A DNA stretch of 32,000 nucleotides from Zymomonas mobilis subsp. mobilis ATCC 10988 (GCF_000175255.2 NC_017262.1:1980001-2012000), one strand, 5' to 3'; positions 19,203 through 27,699 are shown, numbered from the stretch's first letter. Program-made: numbers and translations. The notes: generated by a model not told the origin, from the sequence alone.

Positions 19203-19268
19203 AGAGAGAAGCGGGACGGAAAGGAATACCGCTTCTTTTCCGGTATTATCCTTCTCTCTTTTTATTTG
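19203..19268 (+). promoter_or_regulatory. Long hairpin directly upstream of era; resembles a plus-strand terminator
   Basis: AGAGAGAAG (19203-19211) / CTTCTCTCT (19251-19259), inner AATACCG (19225-19231) / CGGTATT (19241-19247), followed by a T-rich tract TTTTTATTT on the + strand. Confidence 0.6.
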
Positions 19269-19323
19269 TGATAGAGGCATAATCACCATTCAAATGACAG
19301 GCTCTCTTCGCAAAGACGTTGAT

Positions 19324-19357
19324 AAAAAGGCCGCCTGCCACAACAGAACGGCCTTTT
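19324..19357 (-). terminator. Rho-independent terminator of the aminotransferase gene
   Basis: On the minus strand: AAAAGGCCG ... CGGCCTTTTTATC. Confidence 0.8.
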
Positions 19358-19386
19358 CAGATTAAATAGAAGCAAGCCGACGACTG

Positions 19387-20727
19387 TTACCGACCTAATT
19401 TGGTCAGACTGCGATCAAGCGCTCCGGTTAACCAATCAATATCGCCACTCTGGAAGGCCAGAGGTGGCCGCAATTTCAGAACATTACCATAAGGCCCAGC
19501 AACCGAGGTCAGAACATGTTCGTCGCGAAGCGCTTCGATCAGATCGAGTGCCAATTCTTTATCCGGTTCTTTGCTGTTGCGATCTTTCACCAATTCAAAA
19601 CCGATGAACAGACCGGCACCCCGAACATCTCCAACGGATTCATGCTTATCTTGCAGTTTTTTCAGTTCACCCAAAAGTTCAGCCCCGACTTTTTGGGTAT
19701 GGGTCTGAAGATTTTCTTCCTTGATGACATTCAAAACGGCAGAGGCCGCCGCCATTGAAACCGGATTGCCGCCGAATGTGTTGAAATAAGGGACATGGTT
19801 ACTAAAGGCTTCCATCACTTCCTTGCGGGCGAAAAGACCGGAAACCGGAATACCATTCCCCATCGGTTTTCCCGTTGTTACGACATCGGGAATTAAGCCA
19901 TGCCGCCCAAATCCCCAGAAAGATTCACCGGTTCTAACAAAGCCCGGCTGCACTTCATCGGCAATGAAAATACCGCCATTTTTGTGGACGACATCAATCG
20001 CCTCTTTCAAAAATCCGGCTTCACCTGGCAAGACACCATCCGAAGAGAAAATCGAATCCGCCATAAATCCGGCAAATTTGATGCCATGGGCAGCCATATC
20101 ATCAATCTGCTTTTGCATTTCGGCGGCAAACCATGCACCGGCATCTTGTCCTGCCAAACGATAATGGTCAGGCGCAGGCACCAAACGCGTATTCGGGGAC
20201 AAATTTTGACCGCTACCAAGGGCAGGGGATGCGCCAGAGGTCAGAAAACTGGTACCGTGATAGGATTCCTGCGTCACGATAATGCCGGTTCCACCCGACC
20301 ATTCACATGCGATCCGCATTGCCAGATCATTGGCTTCGGATCCGGTGCACATATACATAGCGCGATTGATTTCTTCCGGCATGGTTGCCAAAATCGCTTC
20401 GGAATAATCAAGGATCGTTTCATGCAAATAGCGGGTATGGGTATTCAACCGGCCCATCTGCTCATAAACCGCTTCGATAACGGCAGGATGGCAATGACCG
20501 ATGCTGGCAACATTGTTATAAACATCCAGATATTTATCACCATTGGCATCCCATAAATAAGCCCCTTTTCCGCGCACCAGATGGACAGGACGGCGATAAA
20601 AAAGGCGATAGGATGCGCCCAAAAGATCTTTACGGCGCTCGGTCAGGGAACGCGTTGCCTCATCCAAAGCGGCGGCATGTTCATCCCGAAAACTGTTCGT
20701 GTCCATAATGGTAGAGCGACTTGACAC
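19387..20727 (-). CDS. Class-III PLP-dependent aminotransferase-fold enzyme; candidate ethanolamine-phosphate phospho-lyase-like
   Basis: RRPVHLVRGKGAYLWDANGDKYLDVYNNVASIGHCHPAV, CTGSEANDLAMRIA, GIIVTQESYHG, FIADEVQPGFVRTGESFWGFGRHGLIPDVVTTGKPMGNGIPV. The likely start is 20706 (MDTNSFRDEH). Confidence 0.8.
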   Translation of the reverse strand: MSSRSTIMDTNSFRDEHAAALDEATRSLTERRKDLLGASYRLFYRRPVHLVRGKGAYLWDANGDKYLDVYNNVASIGHCHPAVIEAVYEQMGRLNTHTRYLHETILDYSEAILATMPEEINRAMYMCTGSEANDLAMRIACEWSGGTGIIVTQESYHGTSFLTSGASPALGSGQNLSPNTRLVPAPDHYRLAGQDAGAWFAAEMQKQIDDMAAHGIKFAGFMADSIFSSDGVLPGEAGFLKEAIDVVHKNGGIFIADEVQPGFVRTGESFWGFGRHGLIPDVVTTGKPMGNGIPVSGLFARKEVMEAFSNHVPYFNTFGGNPVSMAAASAVLNVIKEENLQTHTQKVGAELLGELKKLQDKHESVGDVRGAGLFIGFELVKDRNSKEPDKELALDLIEALRDEHVLTSVAGPYGNVLKLRPPLAFQSGDIDWLTGALDRSLTKLGR

Positions 20728-20946
20728 AGTATTCTCCTTTTCAGGATTAAAAAGAAAACTAATGTTCCAATTATGTCAGTCGTCCTTGAAACAAACTTGA
20801 CGGCAGAAGACATTCTTAATTTTTTTATGTCAAAAGTTTCGTCTTTTATTTCTTTGCGGTCAAAAAAGGGTCGTCTCCAGCCAAGTTATAAATCTCAACC
20901 TCTTCTTATCATGACTCCAGAAAATAAACGTTCAGGAGTCTGCCAC

Positions 20947-21957
20947 ATGAATTCCCGACATGCCGATAATCTCGACACCTCCATTCTTTCCCAATTGGCA
21001 GCGCAAGCAATGGAGGCCTATCCTAAAGCCTATCAGGGAAAAATCCGGCTTTTAACGCGTTCGGAAAATGCGACTTTTCACATTGCGGCATCTTCCGGTG
21101 AAAATTATGCCCTGCGCCTGCACCGTCCCCATTATCACGATAAACAAAGCATTACGGGCGAATTGGCATGGCTGAAAGCGTTACAGGAAGATATCGGTTT
21201 AACGGTGCCGCAAGCTATTCCTGACCGCGATGGGGAAGTGATTCAAACCCTAAAAGCGCCCGATGGCGCGCTGCGCTATGCGGTGCTTTTCAACTGGGTC
21301 GAAGGCGAAATGCCAACGGCTGATCTTGACCCTTCGCTGTTCCAAAGACTGGGCGAAGTGACCGCCCATCTGCATCAGCATAGCCAACGCTGGGAAAAGC
21401 CGGATAATTTCAAACGTCTTATCTGGAATCATGAAAATATGGTGGGTGCCGACGGCTATTGGGGCGATTGGCGCGCCACTCCGGGGCTAGATTCAAACGG
21501 CATTATCATTATGCGTGAAGCTATGGAGCAAATCGGGCAATCCTTGGAAAAATTTGGCCAATCTTCCGACCGTTACGGCCTTATCCATGCGGATTTAAGA
21601 TTAACCAATATTCTTATCCATGAAGGCGATACAAGGGCGATTGACTTTGATGACTGCGGCACTGGATGGTTTCTGCATGATCTCGCTGCGGCGATCAGTT
21701 TTGAAGAACATAATCCGGCCGCGCCTTTATGGGTCGAAAATTGGCTGAAAGGCTATGATCGAGTTCAGTCCCTTTCTCGGGAAGAAATTGATATTCTTCC
21801 AGCGCTTTTCGCCCAAAGAAGAATCCAAATGACGGCATGGGTTGGATCTCATGCGGATACCGATATGGCGCGCAGTTTAGGGGGCGACTGGCTGGCACAT
21901 ACGGTGCGCTTATGCCGTGACTATCTTGACGGAAAAACACCGCTTGGTGCTGCCTAA
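20947..21957 (+). CDS. APH/choline-kinase-family phosphotransferase (small-molecule kinase)
   Basis: YGLIHADLRLTNILIHEGDTRAIDFDDCGTGWFLHDLAAAI, the Brenner-type HxDxxxxN and DFDD motifs. The ORF track starts at 20773, but the first ~58 codons look non-coding. Confidence 0.82.
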   Translation: MNSRHADNLDTSILSQLAAQAMEAYPKAYQGKIRLLTRSENATFHIAASSGENYALRLHRPHYHDKQSITGELAWLKALQEDIGLTVPQAIPDRDGEVIQTLKAPDGALRYAVLFNWVEGEMPTADLDPSLFQRLGEVTAHLHQHSQRWEKPDNFKRLIWNHENMVGADGYWGDWRATPGLDSNGIIIMREAMEQIGQSLEKFGQSSDRYGLIHADLRLTNILIHEGDTRAIDFDDCGTGWFLHDLAAAISFEEHNPAAPLWVENWLKGYDRVQSLSREEIDILPALFAQRRIQMTAWVGSHADTDMARSLGGDWLAHTVRLCRDYLDGKTPLGAA

Positions 21958-21993
21958 AAAACGATCCAATCCAGACTCTCTTTTCAGACTTCC

Positions 21994-22043
21994 AATCTCT
22001 TCCTTCATAAAATTTCACTATTTTATAAGGAAGAGATTTTTTT
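21994..22043 (+). terminator. Strong Rho-independent terminator after the kinase gene
   Basis: AATCTCTTCCTT-c-ATAAAAT-ttcact-ATTTTAT-AAGGAAGAGATT followed by TTTTT (19 bp with one bulge). Confidence 0.9.
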
Positions 22044-22160
22044 AAATTTTATATTGCAATTTGATGACATAATATGATGTTATCCATTTAGGATATAATT
22101 TTGGGCATATTCATAGACTCATTATCCTGATGAACCGCATGCCAAGGAAAGTCTGGAAAT

Positions 22161-23231
22161 ATGACATCTTCTCTAAATACAGCTTTCTCGAAAACCCTCT
22201 CTTCCTTTGAAGAAGTCCATCATGGTGTTCTTGCCGCCGCTGGAAGCGGACTTGGCGATTTTATTAAAAAAACAGGCGGCGATGCTGACCGTGTCTTTGG
22301 GTCATGCGGCGTGGATCCGGCGATTATGGAACGCCCAACACACAGCCTTAGCCTCACCAATTATTGCCGCTTAATGGAAGAAGCCGCAATCGATTCCCAA
22401 AATGGTAATTTCGGGTTGCATTATGGCAAGCAATTCCAGCCACAAAATCTTGGGTTAATCGGTTATATCGGTCTCTCTTCTCCGACATTGGGTGACGCCC
22501 TTTCCAATGTTGCAAAAGATTTTCACTGGCACCAACATGATACCTTAACCCGCTTTGTAAAACGGGAAAATCAATGGCATTTTGAATATCAGGTCAGACA
22601 TGGTGCCATTACAAGACGGCGGCAGGATGCCGAGCTTTCTATGGGGATGATTCTGAATATCATCCGCAGCGCGCTTGGTTCTAAATGGACGCCGCAAGAG
22701 GTCAATTTTGAACATTATCGGCCAGAACAGGCACATGAACATGAAAAAGTGTTTGGTGCGGCAGTCTGGTTTGAACAACCCTGCAACTCTATTGTGCTTT
22801 CTGAAAAAGACTTGATGCGCCCGATGCCGGGTTATGAACCGGTCTTATTAACGGTAATGCGGGAAACCATCCGCCGTCTAAATCGCCATAATGTGCCGCA
22901 ATCATTCCCTGAACGGGTGAGGGCGATCATCCGTATCATGCTGCCCCAAGACGACTTTTCTCTTGAAAAGATTTCCGAAAAAATGGCGATGACGCCTTGG
23001 TCTTTGCAACGGCGGTTGAAAGAAGAAAATGTCACTTTTCTCACGTTGATAGATTCCGTCCGCAAAGAAATGGCTATCGACTATATGAAGCAACCTCATC
23101 TAACGATTTCAGATATTACTTTTATGCTGGGCTATTCCGAGGTCTGCGCGCTTTCACGGGCTTTTCGGCGCTGGTTCGGTGTCAGCCCCCGTGCATGGCG
23201 TAAAAATTATGCCAGTAATGCCAAGGCCTGA
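22161..23231 (+). CDS. AraC-family transcriptional regulator with N-terminal arabinose_bd-like domain
   Basis: C-terminal HTH: FSLEKISEKMAMTPWSLQRRLKEENVTFLTLIDSVRKEMAIDYMKQPHLTISDITFMLGYSEVCALSRAFRRWFGVSPRAWRKNY. Confidence 0.9.
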   Translation: MTSSLNTAFSKTLSSFEEVHHGVLAAAGSGLGDFIKKTGGDADRVFGSCGVDPAIMERPTHSLSLTNYCRLMEEAAIDSQNGNFGLHYGKQFQPQNLGLIGYIGLSSPTLGDALSNVAKDFHWHQHDTLTRFVKRENQWHFEYQVRHGAITRRRQDAELSMGMILNIIRSALGSKWTPQEVNFEHYRPEQAHEHEKVFGAAVWFEQPCNSIVLSEKDLMRPMPGYEPVLLTVMRETIRRLNRHNVPQSFPERVRAIIRIMLPQDDFSLEKISEKMAMTPWSLQRRLKEENVTFLTLIDSVRKEMAIDYMKQPHLTISDITFMLGYSEVCALSRAFRRWFGVSPRAWRKNYASNAKA

Positions 23232-23271
23232 ATAAAAGGTCGCTGATAACACATAATAGGGCTTTGTTTTG

Positions 23272-23308
23272 ATCCTGCACCGGAATTTTTCCGTGCGGGA
23301 TAATTTTT
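23272..23308 (+). terminator. Rho-independent terminator after the AraC-family gene
   Basis: ATCCTGCAC-c-GGAA-TTT-TTCCGTGCGGGAT followed by AATTTTT. Confidence 0.8.
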
Positions 23309-23550
23309 ATACCGCCTCTCGCATCCTTATTTCGTCCCTCTCACTTACCAGAAAACCCTTTTGATAAGCCGCTTTTGGGTTATTCCTCTTAATCGACAGA
23401 GTTCTTTAAAAACGGTAAATTATCACGAAAGATTAAAATTTATTTTCAATAAACAACAAATTGTCATTAAGGGTCAAGTTTATATGCTTTCATTGCCGAT
23501 ATGGTTTTCTTGTGACTATAGAAAATCCGGTAAGGGGAGAGTCCTCCAAG

Positions 23551-24960
23551 ATGCCAGAAAAATCTCCGAAGCTTTCAAAAACGCTTAGCTCTTTTCATCT
23601 CTGGGGCATCGCCGTTGGCCTTGTGATCTCAGGTGAATATTTTGGCTGGAGCTATGGCTGGGCGACCGCGGGAACCATGGGTTTTCTGATCGCGACGGTT
23701 ATTGTTGCGGCTATTTATACCAGTTTCATTTTCAGCTTTACAGAACTCACCTGCTCTATTCCGCAGGCAGGGGGGCCTTTCGCCTATAGCTTTCGGGCTT
23801 TAGGTAAATGGGGTGGTGCCATTGCCGGTATGGCAACCTTGGTTGAATTTTTATTCGCCCCTCCGGCTATTGCTCTAGCCATTGGTTCCTATCTCAATGT
23901 GCAATTTCCGTCACTTTCTCCCAAAATGGCGGCGGCCTGTGCTTATATCGTTTTCATGGCTTTGAATATCGTGGGTGTCAGAATCGCCGCGACATTCGAG
24001 CTTTTCATCACTGTTGCCGCTATTTTTGAATTACTGGTTTTCATGGGGGTCGTTGCACCTGCTTTTTCATGGGAACAATTCCTGCATGACGGCTGGGGTG
24101 TTGCCAGCCATTTCGACATTCAGGCCATTGGCGGGATATTTGCTGCTGTGCCTTTTGCGATCTGGTTCTTTCTGGCAATTGAAGGGGTCGCTATGGCCGC
24201 TGAAGAAGCCAAAAATCCCCGCCGTTCTATCCCGATCGCTTATACCGCTGGTATCTTAACGCTGGTTTCTCTTGCTTTCGGTGTGATGGTTTTTGCTGGT
24301 GGTTCTATGGATTGGCATCAGCTTGCCAATTTGAACGATCCACTACCTCAAGCGATGAAACATGTGGTCGGCGCGCATAGCGGCTGGTTGCATATGCTTG
24401 TTTTCCTCGGGTTGTTCGGGCTAGTTTCTTCCCTGCATGGTATCATCATGGGCTATGGTCGCCAGATTTTTGCCTTGGCAAGGGCAGGTTTTCTTCCGGC
24501 AACGCTTGGGAAATTACATATCAAACTGCAAACCCCTTATGCCGCGACTATCGCCGGTGGTTTAGTCGGTATCGCCGCTATCTTTGCCGATGATGTTCTT
24601 TCTTTCGGCGGTCATTCTCTGACGGCTATTCTGGTAACAATGTCGGTTCTTGGCTCGCTTACCATGTATGTGTTGAGCATGGCCAGCCTGTTCCGCTTGC
24701 GTCAAACCATGCCGGATTTACCACGCCCTTACAAAGCGCCTCTTTATCCTTTCTTGCCTGCCTTGGCGCTGATTGGGGCTTTCTTCCTGCTCGCCGCCGT
24801 TATTTACTATAATGCCGGCATTTCCTTCATCTATGCGCTTTTAATGTGCATTGCCTGCCCGCTTTGCCTTTACAGCTACAAGCGGAGCCAAAACAAAAAA
24901 ACAGAAGAAAACGATATCACGACATCTGCTATTCTCGCTGCCGAGGGGGCGGAAGAATAA
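23551..24960 (+). CDS. APC-superfamily permease, ethanolamine permease-like
   Basis: LSSFHLWGIAVGLVISGEYFGWSYGWATAGTMGFL, FTELTCSIPQAGGPFAYSFRALGKWGGAIAGMATLVEFLFAPPAIALAIGSYL, AIEGVAMAAEEAKNPRRSIP. The likely start is 23551, after AAGGGGAGAG. Confidence 0.85.
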   Translation: MPEKSPKLSKTLSSFHLWGIAVGLVISGEYFGWSYGWATAGTMGFLIATVIVAAIYTSFIFSFTELTCSIPQAGGPFAYSFRALGKWGGAIAGMATLVEFLFAPPAIALAIGSYLNVQFPSLSPKMAAACAYIVFMALNIVGVRIAATFELFITVAAIFELLVFMGVVAPAFSWEQFLHDGWGVASHFDIQAIGGIFAAVPFAIWFFLAIEGVAMAAEEAKNPRRSIPIAYTAGILTLVSLAFGVMVFAGGSMDWHQLANLNDPLPQAMKHVVGAHSGWLHMLVFLGLFGLVSSLHGIIMGYGRQIFALARAGFLPATLGKLHIKLQTPYAATIAGGLVGIAAIFADDVLSFGGHSLTAILVTMSVLGSLTMYVLSMASLFRLRQTMPDLPRPYKAPLYPFLPALALIGAFFLLAAVIYYNAGISFIYALLMCIACPLCLYSYKRSQNKKTEENDITTSAILAAEGAEE

Positions 24961-25004
24961 GCGGTCAACGCAGCGACTGTTTTTGTGAAAAAAGGATGTC
25001 CGAC

Positions 25005-26438
25005 ATGCGCTATTACACCTTATCTTTTTGCTTTGGTTGCTGTCTTATCGGCATGGTCGGCGTGCAATCGCCTGCCTTGGCAGAAGTCCAAACGGGCGAT
25101 ACGCCAACGCCACCGGCCGAACTTTTGCAAAAGGCTGCTCCTGACAAAGCTGACTATGAACAGTCACAAGACCCTGATTTACCCGCTCTTGAAGCGGGAA
25201 ATCTGTTTCATAGTAAAGGCGGAAAACTTTCTTATTGGGACGGCCTTGTCGGTCATGCCATGATCGAAGGGGGTGCGAATGGAAACCCTGTTACCCATTC
25301 AGGCCGCAACTTCGGGCAGTATTTTACTGATAAATCCAATACAGGTACGCTTAACCAGATCACGGCTTCTATTTCTCATCCCGTAACCCCAATCGGAAAA
25401 GGCTATGGCATCGGCTTTGTTGTGGAAATGCTCTACGGTTCCGATGCGCGGGTCGATCCTACCTTAGGCATGGGGGACGGCGCTTTAAAAGGCGGCTATC
25501 AATGGGCGCCAACTCAGGCGCATATTGATGTTCATACCCCTTGGCTTTTCAAACATGGTATCGATTTCCAAATCGGGCAGATGTATGGCTTGATGGGGGT
25601 CGAAGGTATCCCAGCCCTTGCACGTCCCTTCTACAGCTACAACTACAGTTCGGATTATATCGTTCCCTTTGAAACGGTAGGGATCGTCGCGACAATGCAT
25701 GTCTCTCGCGATATTGATTTCCTGCTTGGTATTGATTCCGGTAACGCGTCTACTTTCGGTAATGCGACCGTCAATAAACAACCCAAAGGTTATGCGGGTC
25801 TCGTCTTTAAAAACCTGATGGATAACAAAATGACCATCCGCGCCATTTCCCATTTAGGGCCCGCGGGTAACTCCGGCACCGCTGTAACCTCGGCTGATGG
25901 CTGGACGAGTGCTGGTATCGGTTCGGCTGCCAATAAACTGATGCAATATAATGTTGAAGTCAGCATGAGCTATCGCTTCACGGATAAAGTCACCTTTACA
26001 GAAGACATCATCGTCGATCGGGATGAATCCATCCGCGACACCGCTTATGGCTTCACCTCTTATGTGGCATGGGATTTACGGAAAAACCTAACTCTGAATT
26101 TCCGTGGAGAAATCTTCCGTGATAATACTGGCGGGGTCATTACCCAATTTATTGGTAGCGATTCCTACAGAAGTTACCTCAGAAATCGGCCTTATGCTTA
26201 TTACAGCGCCCCCGCGACCACTTATGGCGAGCTGACCGCTGGCGTGTCATGGAAACCGCCGGTTATCAACGATCATCTGGGGAAGGGGACTTTCACTTTA
26301 CGGCCAGAACTCCGACTGGATAGATCTTTAAACGGCACACATCCCTTTAACAGAAGTGCTTCGGTCATGAATCCGGTGGTTACAAACGGAACCCGAAATA
26401 TGTTCTGGGTCAGTTGTGACGCGATCCTCAGTTTCTGA
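25005..26438 (+). CDS. Outer-membrane beta-barrel/porin-like protein
   Basis: Signal peptide MRYYTLSFCFGCCLIGMVGVQSPALA, then a glycine/aromatic-rich repeated-strand sequence ending in terminal Phe (DAILSF). The ORF track start (24846) overlaps the permease and is unlikely. Confidence 0.75.
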   Translation: MRYYTLSFCFGCCLIGMVGVQSPALAEVQTGDTPTPPAELLQKAAPDKADYEQSQDPDLPALEAGNLFHSKGGKLSYWDGLVGHAMIEGGANGNPVTHSGRNFGQYFTDKSNTGTLNQITASISHPVTPIGKGYGIGFVVEMLYGSDARVDPTLGMGDGALKGGYQWAPTQAHIDVHTPWLFKHGIDFQIGQMYGLMGVEGIPALARPFYSYNYSSDYIVPFETVGIVATMHVSRDIDFLLGIDSGNASTFGNATVNKQPKGYAGLVFKNLMDNKMTIRAISHLGPAGNSGTAVTSADGWTSAGIGSAANKLMQYNVEVSMSYRFTDKVTFTEDIIVDRDESIRDTAYGFTSYVAWDLRKNLTLNFRGEIFRDNTGGVITQFIGSDSYRSYLRNRPYAYYSAPATTYGELTAGVSWKPPVINDHLGKGTFTLRPELRLDRSLNGTHPFNRSASVMNPVVTNGTRNMFWVSCDAILSF

Positions 26439-26507
26439 TCTTCGAACAGAAAGGGCATCTATCTTAATTTAAAGGGGGGATAATGAATAAAGGTGGTATC
26501 AAATAAA

Positions 26508-26583
26508 TGGTGCCGGGTGAGGGACTCGAACCCCCATGGTCGCTACTTACAAGGTAGGTGCCTAACCATTCGGCCAACCCGGC
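26508..26583 (-). tRNA. tRNA-Thr (anticodon TGT)
   Basis: Minus strand GCCGGGT...CCTACCTTGTAAGTAGC...GGGGGTTCGAGTCCCTC-ACCCGGCACCA. The 7-bp acceptor, T-arm, loop CTTGTAA and encoded CCA are all present. Confidence 0.88.
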
Positions 26584-26690
26584 AGTGATTCGTCTTTCCA
26601 GTAAAGCATTTTGATAGAAAAGGGAATCGCTACTTCGCAAAAAAAATCAATTTTTTCCAAATTTTTATAACTTTTCAAGCTGTTGCAGGA

Positions 26691-26728
26691 TTCCTCTCCA
26701 TAAAAAACATTTTCCTCGAGAGAGGAGG
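26691..26728 (+). promoter_or_regulatory. rnc leader hairpin(s) overlapping the Shine-Dalgarno
   Basis: TTTCCTC (26711-26717)-GAGA-GAGGAGG (26722-26728). A competing pairing is TCCTCTC (26691-26697) with GAGAGGA (26720-26726). Confidence 0.55.
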
Positions 26729-26736
26729 CATCTTTT

Positions 26737-27477
26737 TTGGCTGATAAACGCTTTTTTGGAACAAAGACGTTTCCTAATCAAGAAAAGGCTTTAAAAGCTA
26801 AGATTATGAATAATGATGCTTTCATAAGCTGGATTGAAAAAAATTTAGGCCATCGGCCTAAAGATCCGGCCTTGTTTTTACGAGCCATGACTCATCCCAG
26901 TCATGGCAACAGCGATTATCAAAGATTAGAGTTTTTAGGCGACCGTGTTTTAGGATTGGTCATTGCCAATTGGTTATACGACCTGTTCCCTCGCGAACCG
27001 GAAGGCAAATTGTCCCGACGATTAAACAGCCTTGTTTCAGGGGCTAGCTGCGCCAGCATTGCGCGGATTGTCGGACTTCCTCAATGGCTCCGTCTGGGAA
27101 AACAGGCGCGCGATGACGGCGCGGCGGCCTCTGACAATGTCTTGGGCGATGTGATGGAAGCCATGATTGGTGCCATCTTCTTGGAATCCGGTATCGAAGC
27201 CGCAGGCAAACTTATTCATAAATACTGGGCGCCTTTGGTGACGGGACAGGAATCCGCCCCGAAACATCCGAAATCGGCTTTGCAGGAATGGGCAGCCGCC
27301 CATAACCGCCGCCCGCCTGTTTATGAAATTGTCAGTCGGACAGGCCCCCAGCATAATCCTTGCTTTACCATTCAGGTTTCTATTGCCGGTGTCGGTGAAG
27401 CCAGTGCCGAAGGCTCTTCAAAGCAGGAAGCCCAAACGGCTGCTGCTCAAGCGCTTTTGGATATTTTGGCGCAATAA
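26737..27477 (+). CDS. rnc: Ribonuclease III
   Basis: LFLRAMTHPSHGNSDYQRLEFLGDRVLGLVIANWLY ... DNVLGDVMEAMIGAIFLESG, and a C-terminal dsRBD. TTG start preceded by GGAGG; an alternative ATG is at 26809. Confidence 0.95.
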   Translation: MADKRFFGTKTFPNQEKALKAKIMNNDAFISWIEKNLGHRPKDPALFLRAMTHPSHGNSDYQRLEFLGDRVLGLVIANWLYDLFPREPEGKLSRRLNSLVSGASCASIARIVGLPQWLRLGKQARDDGAAASDNVLGDVMEAMIGAIFLESGIEAAGKLIHKYWAPLVTGQESAPKHPKSALQEWAAAHNRRPPVYEIVSRTGPQHNPCFTIQVSIAGVGEASAEGSSKQEAQTAAAQALLDILAQ

Positions 27478-27550
27478 CAAGGACGGCTTAAAGCCTGCCC
27501 GCTTTTACCATTGACCGAATACAGGCCAAGGGAACAGCTCTATTCTTGTG

Positions 27551-27664
27551 TAAAAAGCTATCTTTCCGGCTATTCTTGCCTTCTTTATTCCGATTATAGC
27601 CGGATCTCGCCCAATAAATTAGACGCCAGAGGTGAGGGCATATTGGCTTACTCACAGCTTTTTA
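27551..27664 (+). other. Nested inverted-repeat structure downstream of rnc; candidate structured RNA or complex terminator
   Basis: Outer TAAAAAGCT (27551-27559) / AGCTTTTTA (27656-27664), inner TCCGGCTAT (27565-27573) / ATAGCCGGA (27596-27604), third CCAATA (27611-27616) / TATTGG (27641-27646). Confidence 0.45.
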
Positions 27665-27699
27665 TTCAACAGTAGTGTATGATATAACGCTCATTAAAA

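Noticed and set aside
20773-20946. N-terminal extension of the kinase ORF
   Set aside because: The peptide before MNSRHADNLD does not look like an APH-family N-terminus and covers the divergent promoter region. Start at 20947 preferred.
24846-25004. N-terminal extension of the outer-membrane protein ORF
   Set aside because: Overlaps the permease 3' end in another frame. AAAAGGA and the signal peptide place the start at 25005.
25485-25853. 122-aa minus-strand ORF
   Set aside because: Antisense shadow inside the barrel protein gene.
19200-26583. Genomic island with attachment-site duplication at tRNA-Thr
   Set aside because: I looked for a second copy of the tRNA 3' end (GTTCGAGTCCCTCACCCGGCACCA) near era and elsewhere in the window and did not find one. 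There is also no integrase.
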